64,000 bases of DNA from assembly GCA_963786935.1 (NCBI GenBank), contig CAWBAN010000001.1:608001-672000 (forward strand), given 5' to 3'. Shown piece after piece: positions 30,072 to 39,011 of the stretch (positions are counted from its first letter, which is position 1; every line of letters starts with the position of its first letter). The notes below the pieces were generated by a model, which saw nothing but the letters and a program-made list of their open reading frames with translations, was not told the origin of the DNA and did no database searches. The position numbers and the translations under genes were made by a program. Origin of the DNA: an uncultured bacterium. Lineage in GTDB: Bacteria > Krumholzibacteriota > Krumholzibacteriia > Krumholzibacteriales > Krumholzibacteriaceae.

Positions 30072-31268
30072 GTGGCACATGTGATCAGCAAGCGCTCGCG
30101 CGCTCTCGAGCCGTCGTTGACCTTGAGCCTCACGGCCAAGGCGAAGGAGCTGAAGGCGAAGGGGGAGAACGTCGTCGGCCTCACCGCGGGCGAGCCGGAT
30201 TTCGACACTCCCGAAGTGATCAAGAAGGCCGCCATCGAGGCGATCAACCGCGGGGAGACGAAATACACGGCCGGGGAAGGGATCGCGCCGCTGCGCAAGG
30301 CGGTCGCCGAGATGTACTCGCAGAAGCTCGGCGTCGCGTACACCCCGGCGGAGGTCGTCATCTCGCACGGCGCGAAGCATTCGATTTACAACGCGCTCTT
30401 CGCGCTCACCGATCCCGGGGACGAGGTCCTCATCCTGTCTCCCTACTGGACGAGCTATCCCGACATGGTCAAGATCCTCGGCGGGAAGCCGCGGATCGTC
30501 GAGCTCTCGAAGAAGACCGAGTACAAGCTGACGCCGGAGATATTCCGGAAGCAGCTTTCGCGGAAGAAGAAGCCCAAGGCGCTCCTTTTCAATTCGCCGT
30601 CGAATCCGGCGAGCATCGTCTACCAGCGCGAGGAGATCGAGGCGATCGCCAAGATCGTTCTCGAGTCGGGCCTGGCGCTCATCAGCGACGAGATTTACGA
30701 GTTTCTCACGTACACGGGCTTCGAGCACGTCTCTCCCGTGACGCTCGTGCCGGAGATCAAGGACCAGACCGTCGTCATCACCGGCGTGTCGAAGAGCTAC
30801 GCGATGACGGGATGGCGGGTGGGCTTCGCCCTCGCCGAGAAGGACGTCGCGTACCGGATGGGCGCGTTCCAGGCGCACGCGACGGGGTGCCCCAACTCGA
30901 TATCGCAGTGGGCGGCGCTCGAGGCCGTTCAGAAGGGGGCCGAGGACCGCGAGATGATGCGGGTCGAGTTCGAGAAGCGGAAGGATCTCTTCGGCAATCG
31001 TCTCGCACGGATCCCGTCGATCTGGTATCCCGAGCCGGGGGGCGCGTTCTACTATCTCGTCGACGTTTCGAAGCTCTATAAGAAGATGAACGTGAAGAAT
31101 AGCTTCGGATTCTGCGACAAGCTCCTCGCCGAGCAGGGGCTCGTCGTCATTCCGGGCGGGGCGTTCGGCTGCGACAAGATGATACGGTTCTCGTTCGCGG
31201 CGTCGGAGAACGAGATCAACCGCGCGCTCGACCGGTTCGAGAATTTCGTGAAAAAGTACCAGGGCTGA
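30072..31268 (+). CDS. Class I/II PLP-dependent (aspartate) aminotransferase
   Basis: GEPDFDTP, NSPSNP, SDEIY, SKSYAMTGWRVG. Confidence 0.93.
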   Translation: MAHVISKRSRALEPSLTLSLTAKAKELKAKGENVVGLTAGEPDFDTPEVIKKAAIEAINRGETKYTAGEGIAPLRKAVAEMYSQKLGVAYTPAEVVISHGAKHSIYNALFALTDPGDEVLILSPYWTSYPDMVKILGGKPRIVELSKKTEYKLTPEIFRKQLSRKKKPKALLFNSPSNPASIVYQREEIEAIAKIVLESGLALISDEIYEFLTYTGFEHVSPVTLVPEIKDQTVVITGVSKSYAMTGWRVGFALAEKDVAYRMGAFQAHATGCPNSISQWAALEAVQKGAEDREMMRVEFEKRKDLFGNRLARIPSIWYPEPGGAFYYLVDVSKLYKKMNVKNSFGFCDKLLAEQGLVVIPGGAFGCDKMIRFSFAASENEINRALDRFENFVKKYQG

Positions 31269-31346
31269 CGCGGGCGGCGTCCGCGTTTCGCCTCGATGGC
31301 CGCGCTTCGTCCGGCCGAGGGCGGAGCGCGCCGCGCGGAGGCGGCC

Positions 31347-32756
31347 ATGACCGCGAAACGGGGAAGGGAGATCGGGGAGCTCGCCCGCTCGCTGCGCGGC
31401 GTGAGCGTGCGCACCGAGGAACGCTACCTGCTCGCGTACGGTTTCGACGCGACGGGGATGCGGGGGCGGGCCGGGGGCGTGGCGTTTCCGGGGAGCCGGG
31501 ACGAGCTCGCGAGGCTCGTCGGCGAGGCCTCGCGGCGGGGGATCGCCGTCGTTCCGCGCGGGGCGGGATCCGGCTTCTCCGGGGGATCCGTGCCGCTCGA
31601 CGGCGCGCTCGTGATATCGACCGAGAAGCTGCATCGCGTGCTCCGCTTCGACGCGGCGGCCGACGAGGTCGAGGTCGAGAGCGGCATCGTCAACAAGGAG
31701 CTCCAGGATATCCTCGCCCGCGAGGGGCGCTTCTATCCGCCGGATCCGGCGAGCCTCAATTTCTCGACCATCGGCGGCAACGTGGCGGAGAACGCGGGGG
31801 GGCCGCGGGCGTTCAAATACGGGGTGACGCGCCGGTACGTCCGAGCGCTCACCTGGATCGCCGCGGACGGCGGCGTCGCGCGCGACGACCCCGTCGCCGG
31901 CGCCGCCGCGACGCTCGTCGGCGCCGAAGGGACCCTCGGCGTCATCTATTCGGCGCGGCTCGGCGTGTTGCCGCTCCCTGAGGCGTTTCGCGCCGTCCTC
32001 CTCGAGGTGCCGCCGGGCGCGGCGGCGCTCGTGTTCGCGGGATCGCTCCTCGCCGCGGGGCTCACCCCGAGCGTTCTCGAGTACCTGGACGCGAAGACGA
32101 TGCGCTGCGTGGGCGAGTATTGCTGCTTCGGCGGCCTCGGGAGGGACTCGAATTTCCTGTTCGTGGAGTTCGACGGCTCGCCCGGCGAAGTCGACGCGCA
32201 ACGCTCGCTCCTCGACGAGCGGTCGAGGAAGGCCGGAGCCATCGTCCGGCCGGCGCGGGGCGAACGCGAACGCGATCTCCTCTGGAAGGTGCGCCGCTCG
32301 GTGAGCCCGAGCCTCGCCCGGCGGGGTCCGACGAAGGTCAACGAGGACGTGTCGCTTCCGCTCGGCGCCCTCGAAGACGGCGTGCAATTCGTGCACGCGC
32401 TGGCCGGCGAGCTCGATCTCGATTGCTACGTGTACGGTCATGCGGGCGACGGGAACCTGCACGTGAACATCATGACGGATCGGCGCCGCCGCGAAGAGAT
32501 GGCGCGCGCCGGAATTTTCGTGGAGAAGCTCTTCGGACGCGTCGTCGAGCTCGGCGGGACCCTGAGCGGCGAGCACGGGATCGGTCTCACGAAAAGCCCG
32601 TATCTGCGCATGATATTCACTCCTGCGGAGCTCGAGCTCGCCCGCGGCATCAAGGGAGCGATGGACCCCCGGGGGATCCTGAATCCCGGGAAATATTTCA
32701 TGGCGCGCGGCCCGGCGGCGCAGCGGAACGGAGCACCATGTTCATCGATCGGGTGA
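31347..32756 (+). CDS. FAD-linked oxidase, GlcD/D-2-hydroxyacid dehydrogenase family
   Basis: PRGAGSG, YPPDPAS, TIGGNVAENAGG, GHAGDGNLH, GEHGIG, LNPGK. Confidence 0.88.
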   Translation: MTAKRGREIGELARSLRGVSVRTEERYLLAYGFDATGMRGRAGGVAFPGSRDELARLVGEASRRGIAVVPRGAGSGFSGGSVPLDGALVISTEKLHRVLRFDAAADEVEVESGIVNKELQDILAREGRFYPPDPASLNFSTIGGNVAENAGGPRAFKYGVTRRYVRALTWIAADGGVARDDPVAGAAATLVGAEGTLGVIYSARLGVLPLPEAFRAVLLEVPPGAAALVFAGSLLAAGLTPSVLEYLDAKTMRCVGEYCCFGGLGRDSNFLFVEFDGSPGEVDAQRSLLDERSRKAGAIVRPARGERERDLLWKVRRSVSPSLARRGPTKVNEDVSLPLGALEDGVQFVHALAGELDLDCYVYGHAGDGNLHVNIMTDRRRREEMARAGIFVEKLFGRVVELGGTLSGEHGIGLTKSPYLRMIFTPAELELARGIKGAMDPRGILNPGKYFMARGPAAQRNGAPCSSIG

Positions 32757-33724
32757 CGGTTCAGATCAAGGCGGGAAACGGCGGCGACGGCTGCGTCAGC
32801 TTCAGGCGCGAGAAGTACGTGCCGCGCGGCGGGCCGGACGGGGGCTTGGGGGGGAAGGGCGGAGACGTCGTCGTGAAGGTCGATCGGGAGATGCGCACGC
32901 TCCTCGATCTCTATTACCGAAAAACGATTAAGGCGCAGGCGGGCAAGCACGGGCAGGGGAAGAACATGACCGGCGCGAACGGCGCGGACGAATATATCCT
33001 GGTTCCTCCCGGGACCGTTCTCGAGGACGCCGACACGAAGGAGACGCTCGCCGATCTCAGCGAGCTCGGGGCCGAGTTCGTCGCCGCGCGCGGGGGCCGC
33101 GGGGGAAAGGGGAACTATCTCTTCCGGACGCCGAAGAACCAGGCGCCGCGCACGAGAACCATGGGCGAGCCGGGAGAGGAGCGGCGGCTCGTTCTCACGA
33201 TGAAGCTGATCGCCGACGTCGGGCTCGTCGGGCTCCCGAACGCCGGAAAATCGACCCTCCTGCGGAGCGTGAGCGACGCGCATCCGATCGTGGCCCCCTA
33301 TCCGTTCTCGACGCTCGAGCCGGTGCTCGGCATGGTGAAGATCGGCGCCGGCGCGTCGTTCTGCATGGTGGATATTCCGGGGCTCATCGAAGGCGCGCAT
33401 CGGGGGAAGGGGCTCGGCATCCAGTTCCTGCGCCACATCGAGCGCTGCCGCGTGCTCGTCTTCATCATCGACGCGGCGGGGGAGATCGAGCCGGCTCAGG
33501 CGTACGCGCAGCTGTACAACGAGCTTCGCTCGTACGGCGAAGAGCTCGTCGACAAGCCGCGGCTCATCGCGCTCAACAAGACCGATCTCCTGCCGCCGGG
33601 CGCGCGCACGCCGCGGTTCGACGTGCCCGGCGAGCACGTGTTCAGGATTTCGGCGCTCGGAAAGAAAGGCCTCAAGCCGCTGCTGGCGGCGTCCTACCGT
33701 CTCGTCACCGCGGTTTCACGATAG
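32738..33724 (+). CDS. obgE: GTPase Obg
   Basis: MFID, GGPDGG, DVGLVGLPNAGKST, DIPGLI, FLRHIER, NKTD. Confidence 0.97.
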   Translation: MFIDRVTVQIKAGNGGDGCVSFRREKYVPRGGPDGGLGGKGGDVVVKVDREMRTLLDLYYRKTIKAQAGKHGQGKNMTGANGADEYILVPPGTVLEDADTKETLADLSELGAEFVAARGGRGGKGNYLFRTPKNQAPRTRTMGEPGEERRLVLTMKLIADVGLVGLPNAGKSTLLRSVSDAHPIVAPYPFSTLEPVLGMVKIGAGASFCMVDIPGLIEGAHRGKGLGIQFLRHIERCRVLVFIIDAAGEIEPAQAYAQLYNELRSYGEELVDKPRLIALNKTDLLPPGARTPRFDVPGEHVFRISALGKKGLKPLLAASYRLVTAVSR

Positions 33725-34934
33725 AGCCCATGAAGAGGACGAGCCCCGTCTCGTTGTCGCGCACGGCGATGAAGAACGGATGGTCGCACACCATCTCGAA
33801 GGGCGCCCGCGGCTCCATGACGGAGGTGAGCCGCATCTCGACCGACGTCGCCGCCGCGGCCTCGGTCCCCTCCTCGTTCACGGCGATATATGTCTTGTGC
33901 AGCACGTCGTGGATGTAGACGTTCGCGCCCTCGGCCTTGATCATGCCGCGGAAATTCGCGCGGTTCCCGTCGAACGCTTCCGACATCCCGAGCGCGGCGA
34001 GAGAGCGCTTGAGAGACGCCTTGAACTCGATGGTGAACCGGGGGAGCGCGATGCGGCCGCTGCGGGGCGCGAAGCCGCCCATCCACGCCTCCCATGAATC
34101 CGCCGTGAGGCTGTCGTTGAACGCGTCGAGACCCTCGCGTTCATCCGGCAGGAAGACGTACATGCTCGTCCGTCCGTCCCCGTACGGGAGGCTCGCGGCC
34201 TGGAAGCCGTTCCCGCGGAAGTAGAGATATTCGCCGCGCCGGTTCATCATCGGGGGCCTCGCCGTCCCGCCGCCGGGCAGGTGGAAGATCTCCTCCTTCG
34301 TGAGTTTCGGATCGAACTCCGTGGTCCACGCGCCCTTGAAATAGACCGCGTTGACGAGGAAGAGAATGCTCGCCGGGTCGATCTCGTCGACGATGCCCTT
34401 GATCCGGTCCCTGGTCTTGTCGGCGACCCAGGCGTTGATCCGATCGGCCGCGCCGGGAGCGCTGAAATCGATCGCCCGCACGTCCGCCCCGTAGTACCGT
34501 TTGTTCCGTTCGAGGAAATCCTTCTTGAAATCGAGTCCCCGCCGCGCCCAGAGGGAATTGGCCACGGAGAGCTCGACGCGCTCGATCGGTCCGTTCATCC
34601 GGGCGATCAGGAGCGAGTCCGCCCCGTTGACGGACGCGAGGTCGTCCGCGGGATAATGGAGCACGCCGGCCATCGCGTCCCGCGTGGCGCCCTCCGCCCC
34701 GTTCATGGTCATTGCGAGCGCGAATCCGACGCTCGCCGGCGAGATGACGAGGTTCTCACCCGCGCCTTCGGCGAGCATGGCGCGGTAGAGATCGAAGCCG
34801 AATGCCGTGTACGTCCCCGCGTCGGCTTTCGCCCGCGCCGGGCGTCCGGATCCTGCGGCCGCGCACGAGGCGTGAGCGAGCAGAAGAGCGATTGACATCG
34901 AGGCCGCGATCATGCGTATTAAACGATGGTTCAT
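33705..34934 (-). CDS. Secreted serpin (inhibitory-type hinge)
   Basis: Signal peptide, ISPAS, INAWV, NAVYFKGAW, EEGTEAAAAT hinge, DHPF..LFMG. Confidence 0.95.
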   Translation of the reverse strand: MNHRLIRMIAASMSIALLLAHASCAAAGSGRPARAKADAGTYTAFGFDLYRAMLAEGAGENLVISPASVGFALAMTMNGAEGATRDAMAGVLHYPADDLASVNGADSLLIARMNGPIERVELSVANSLWARRGLDFKKDFLERNKRYYGADVRAIDFSAPGAADRINAWVADKTRDRIKGIVDEIDPASILFLVNAVYFKGAWTTEFDPKLTKEEIFHLPGGGTARPPMMNRRGEYLYFRGNGFQAASLPYGDGRTSMYVFLPDEREGLDAFNDSLTADSWEAWMGGFAPRSGRIALPRFTIEFKASLKRSLAALGMSEAFDGNRANFRGMIKAEGANVYIHDVLHKTYIAVNEEGTEAAAATSVEMRLTSVMEPRAPFEMVCDHPFFIAVRDNETGLVLFMGSIVKPR

Positions 34935-34958
34935 GGTTGACCTCCCCGTTTCGTCCCG

Positions 34959-35231
34959 ATGATAGACCCGGCGCCGGACGGGGGCAACGGATTTCGGCCG
35001 GCCGAGCGCCTCGTCCGCTCGCCGCTCCCTTGCTGCGCCCGGATCGCCGTCCGGCGCCTTGGATCATTTATCTCTGGCTCGCGCACGGGATATTCGTATC
35101 TTTCTCGTACGCTCACGCGGTTCTGCGGCGCCGAGGAGCTCGCGGGCGTCGTCGGCGAGGCGGGTTTTCGGCGCGTGACCTTCCGGCGGCTGACGGGTGC
35201 CGTCGTCGCGGTGCATCGGGCCGTGAGGTGA
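34959..35231 (+). pseudogene. 3' remnant of UbiE/MenG quinone methyltransferase (recognisable part about 35050-35231)
   Basis: LGSFISGSRTGYSYLSRTLTRF..EEL...EAGFRRVTFRRLTGAVVAVH matches the UbiE/MenG C-terminus; no SAM-binding N-terminus. Confidence 0.75.
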
Positions 35232-35256
35232 GTCCGCGTCCCGGCGGGAGACCGGC

Positions 35257-36180
35257 ATGGACATGATCAGCGCGAAAAACGTTTCGAAGTCCTTCAAGGA
35301 CGTGCGCGCGGTGCGCGGCGTGAGCCTCGAGTTCAGGAAGGGGCAGTACGTCGCGCTGCTCGGGCCGAACGGCGCGGGGAAAACGACGTTCGTCGAGATG
35401 ATCGAGGGGATCCAGAAACCGGACGAGGGGGAGATCCGGATCCTCGGCCGGAGCTGGAGCTCCGACGAGCGGTATCTCCGGCGCATCATGGGGCTCTCGC
35501 TCCAGGAGACGGCCTATATCGACAAGCTGACCGTCGAGGAGACCCTGAACCTCTTCGCGAGCTTCTTCGGGCTCGGGAAGAACGTGGCGCCGCGGATCCT
35601 CGATCTGATCAATCTCGCGGACAAGCGATCGAGCTACGTCATGAATCTCTCGCACGGGATGCGGCAGCGGCTTTCGATCGGCATCGCGCTCATCAACGAG
35701 CCGGAGATTCTCATCCTCGACGAGCCGACGACCGGCCTCGACCCGGTCGCGCGCCGCGAGATCTGGGACATCCTCCTGAACCTGAAGAAGCGGGACACTT
35801 CGCTCATCCTCACGACGCATTACATGGAAGAGGCCGAGCGTCTGTGCGATTACCTCATCATCATGGACCGGGGAAGCGTGCTCGTCGAAGGGACGCTTCC
35901 CGAGCTGCTCGCCGCGCATATGAGCCGGGAAATCATCTCCTTTACGCTGAGCGAGCGGCGCGACGGCGGATCGTTCGCGGGCATCGCCGGAGCGCTCGAT
36001 CTCGTCTGGGAGGAGGAGGGCATCCGGGGACAGCTCTCCGTGGACGACATCGTCGCCGCTCTGCCGCGCTTCCTCGCGGCCGCCGAACGGGAACGGGTGT
36101 CGCTGCTTGAGCTCGAGTGCCGGAAGATGAATCTCGACGACCTCTTCATATCGCTCACCGGAAGGCGCCTCCATGAATAA
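35257..36180 (+). CDS. ABC transporter ATP-binding protein (multidrug/ABC-2 type)
   Basis: GPNGAGKTT, LSHGMRQR, LDEPTTGLDP, TTHYMEEAE. Confidence 0.92.
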   Translation: MDMISAKNVSKSFKDVRAVRGVSLEFRKGQYVALLGPNGAGKTTFVEMIEGIQKPDEGEIRILGRSWSSDERYLRRIMGLSLQETAYIDKLTVEETLNLFASFFGLGKNVAPRILDLINLADKRSSYVMNLSHGMRQRLSIGIALINEPEILILDEPTTGLDPVARREIWDILLNLKKRDTSLILTTHYMEEAERLCDYLIIMDRGSVLVEGTLPELLAAHMSREIISFTLSERRDGGSFAGIAGALDLVWEEEGIRGQLSVDDIVAALPRFLAAAERERVSLLELECRKMNLDDLFISLTGRRLHE

Positions 36181-37237
36181 GCCGTTCTTCAACCTCGTGG
36201 CACTGCAGTTCAAGGAGTTCTTCCGCGAGCCGGAGATCATCTTCTGGGCCTTCGTGCTGCCCATCGTCCTCTCGTGGCTTCTCGGCGTCGCGATCGGCTC
36301 CGGGGGAAGCACGGTGTCCGGAACGGTCGCGGTCGTGGAGAGCCCGGAGGCGACGCGGGAATACTGGGCCTCCTGGATCGCCGGCGCGAGGGGGAATTCC
36401 GGGGGGGATCACGACATCGCATTCGAGATCCTCACGAGGGACGAGGCGATCCTCGCGCTCAAGAAAGGGGAGATATCGCTCTTCATCGACCGCGTTCCCG
36501 GAAGCGGCGCGGTGCGCTATTCCTTCGACCCGCGGAGCGGCGAGGCGCGGATGACGCACCTCGTCATCGAGCGCGCGCTCGACGGCGGCCGGCCAGCGGG
36601 GAGGCCCCCCGCGGAGGTCGTCGAGCTGAAGATCCAGGGGACGCGCTACGTCGATTTTCTCGTGCCGGGGCTCCTCGCGATGGATGTCATGAGCTCGGCC
36701 CTCTGGGGGATCGGCTGGGCGCTCATCGAAATCCGCATCAAGAAGCTCCTGCGCCGCATGGCGGCGACCCCGATGCGCAAATCGATGTTTCTCGCGTCCC
36801 ATTTCGTGACGCGCCTCGCCGTGAACACGATCGAGTTTCTCGCCCTCTTCGGCTTCGTGTACTTCTACTTCGGCGTGCGGATCCAGGGAAGCGTCCCCGC
36901 GCTCGTCGCCGTGTTCGTCGCCGGCAACATGGCCTTCGCGGGGCTCTCGATCCTCATGTCGTCCCGCACGGCCAATCCGCGCGTCGGAAACGGCCTCATC
37001 AACGCGATCACGTTCCCGATGACCCTGCTGTCGGGCGTATTCTTCAGCTATCACCATTTCCCCGATTGGGCGATCCCGATCGTGCGGAAGCTCCCGCTCA
37101 CGATGCTCGCCGATTCGATCCGCAGCATCTTCAACGAGGGGGCGGGATTCGCGCACGTCGCGCTCCCCGCGCTCGCTCTCGCGGCGATGGGCGTTGTCTG
37201 CTTCTACGCGGGCATGAAGATATACAAATGGAACTGA
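36173..37237 (+). CDS. ABC-2 permease
   Basis: FFREPEIIFW, RYVDFLVPG, LSGVFF, LPLT; several TM helices. Confidence 0.9.
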   Translation: MNKPFFNLVALQFKEFFREPEIIFWAFVLPIVLSWLLGVAIGSGGSTVSGTVAVVESPEATREYWASWIAGARGNSGGDHDIAFEILTRDEAILALKKGEISLFIDRVPGSGAVRYSFDPRSGEARMTHLVIERALDGGRPAGRPPAEVVELKIQGTRYVDFLVPGLLAMDVMSSALWGIGWALIEIRIKKLLRRMAATPMRKSMFLASHFVTRLAVNTIEFLALFGFVYFYFGVRIQGSVPALVAVFVAGNMAFAGLSILMSSRTANPRVGNGLINAITFPMTLLSGVFFSYHHFPDWAIPIVRKLPLTMLADSIRSIFNEGAGFAHVALPALALAAMGVVCFYAGMKIYKWN

Positions 37238-37367
37238 CCGGCCGCGGGGCGGCTCCGCCGATTTCTCTTTCGCGCGGGCGTTCCGCGTGATACGTTTTCC
37301 CGCGGGATGAGGCGGCGGTCGCGGATTCCCGCGCGCGGCATTCGATGAAACGGCAAGGAGGAACGAT

Positions 37368-38021
37368 ATGAAACGCGTCCGTTCGATGTTGCTGTCGGTC
37401 GTGCTCGCGGTCTGTTTCGCGCTTCCCGTTCTGGCGGAGGCGCCCCAGACGATTCAGCTCCCCGCGCCGCAGATGGACGGGGGCATGCCCCTCATGAAGG
37501 CGATGAAGCTGCGCTGCACGCAGCGGGAGTACGCGGCCGACGCGCTCCCCGCGCAGGAGCTCTCGAACCTGCTCTGGGCCGCGTGCGGCATCAACAGGCC
37601 CGAGAGCGGGAAGCGCACGGCGCCGACCGCGATGAACAAGCAGGAAATCGACGTCTACGCCGCTCTTCCCGAGGGGCTGTACCGGTACGACGCGAAAACG
37701 CACTCGCTGAACCTGATCGTCGCGCAGGATCTCCGCGGAGCCACCGGAAAGCAGGAATTCGTGAAAGATGCGCCGCTCAATCTCGTCTTCGTGGCGAACT
37801 ACGCGAAGATGGGGGAGGGGCCGCAGGAGATGAAGGATTTCTACGCCGCCATGGATACCGGTTACATCAGCCAGAACGTCTATCTCTACTGCGCCTCGGC
37901 CGGACTCGCGACGGTGGCGCGCGGCTGGGTCGACAAGGATGTGCTCTCGAAGGCCATGAATCTCGGGGCCGATCAGAAGATCATGCTCGCGCAGACGGTC
38001 GGCTATCCCCTGAAGAAGTAG
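37368..38021 (+). CDS. Exported nitroreductase-family protein (SagB/ThcOx-like)
   Basis: Signal peptide, LSNLLWAACG, RTAP, DTGYISQNVYL, QTVGYP. Confidence 0.85.
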   Translation: MKRVRSMLLSVVLAVCFALPVLAEAPQTIQLPAPQMDGGMPLMKAMKLRCTQREYAADALPAQELSNLLWAACGINRPESGKRTAPTAMNKQEIDVYAALPEGLYRYDAKTHSLNLIVAQDLRGATGKQEFVKDAPLNLVFVANYAKMGEGPQEMKDFYAAMDTGYISQNVYLYCASAGLATVARGWVDKDVLSKAMNLGADQKIMLAQTVGYPLKK

Positions 38022-38027
38022 CTCCCC

Positions 38028-38960
38028 TTGATTGCGAAAGACGGGAGGGAGTCGAGAGCGCGCGGGCGCGAATGCGAGGCGTGCCCGCGCGCGTGCGGCG
38101 TCGATCGCGCGGCCGGCGCGCTCGGGTACTGCCGCGCGGGAAGCGGGCTCGAGATCGCGTCGATCTGCCTCCACCGCGGCGAGGAGCCCGTCATCTCGGG
38201 CGAGCGCGGGATCTGCAACGTCTTTTTCCCGCACTGCAACCTCCAGTGCGTCTATTGCCAGAACGAGCAGATCAGCAGGAACGATTCGCCGGCGCGGAGC
38301 ATGAGCCTCGATGACGTCGTCGCGGCCGCGTCCCGCCTGCTCGACGGGGGATCGCCGTCGATCGGGTTCGTGTCGCCGTCGCACATGATTCCCCAGATGC
38401 GCTCGATCGTCGAGGCGCTCCGCGCGACGGGCCGGCGCCCCGTCGTCGTGTTCAACACGAACGCGTACGACCGCCCGGAGACGATCGCCTCGATCGAGGA
38501 TCTCGTCGACGTCTATCTCCCCGATTTCAAATACATGGATCATTCGCTCGCGCTCGAGCTGTCGGGGGCGTGGAACTACCCCGAGGTCGCGCTCGCCGCG
38601 CTTCGGGAGATGCACCGTCAGAAGGGATCGAACCTCGCGCTTCGCGGCGACGGCACGGCCGCCTCCGGTCTCATCGTCCGCCACCTGATTCTCCCCGGGC
38701 AGACGGAGAACAGCAAGGCGGTGCTCAGGGCCGTCGCGGAGGAGCTGTCCCCGTCGGTGCACGTTTCCCTCATGTCGCAGTACTATCCGTCGGCGTCCGT
38801 CGCCGGGCATCCGTGGCTCGGGAGATCGATCACGCGGGGCGAGTACGACGAGGTGCTCGACGAGCTCGAACGGCTCGGGTTCTCGCGGGGATGGGTGCAG
38901 GAGCTCGAGAGCGAGAGGACCTACCGGCCGGATTTCACGAAACCGCATCCGTTCGAATGA
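38028..38960 (+). CDS. Radical SAM protein, PflX-like
   Basis: CPRACGVDR, HRGEEP, CxxxCxxC (CNLQCVYC), YLPDFKY, IVRHLILPG, LMSQYYP. Confidence 0.9.
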   Translation: MIAKDGRESRARGRECEACPRACGVDRAAGALGYCRAGSGLEIASICLHRGEEPVISGERGICNVFFPHCNLQCVYCQNEQISRNDSPARSMSLDDVVAAASRLLDGGSPSIGFVSPSHMIPQMRSIVEALRATGRRPVVVFNTNAYDRPETIASIEDLVDVYLPDFKYMDHSLALELSGAWNYPEVALAALREMHRQKGSNLALRGDGTAASGLIVRHLILPGQTENSKAVLRAVAEELSPSVHVSLMSQYYPSASVAGHPWLGRSITRGEYDEVLDELERLGFSRGWVQELESERTYRPDFTKPHPFE

Positions 38961-39011
38961 CGCCCGTCGCCGGCGGCGGCGTCGAACGGCGGGGGCGCCC
39001 GGCGCCGCGGC

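Noticed and set aside
37368..38960. In-frame TAG read-through (pyrrolysine) joining the nitroreductase and PflX-like genes
   Set aside because: Same frame has a 1-in-3 chance; the nitroreductase ends at its normal C-terminus and is exported, whereas radical SAM proteins are cytoplasmic; no pyl genes seen.
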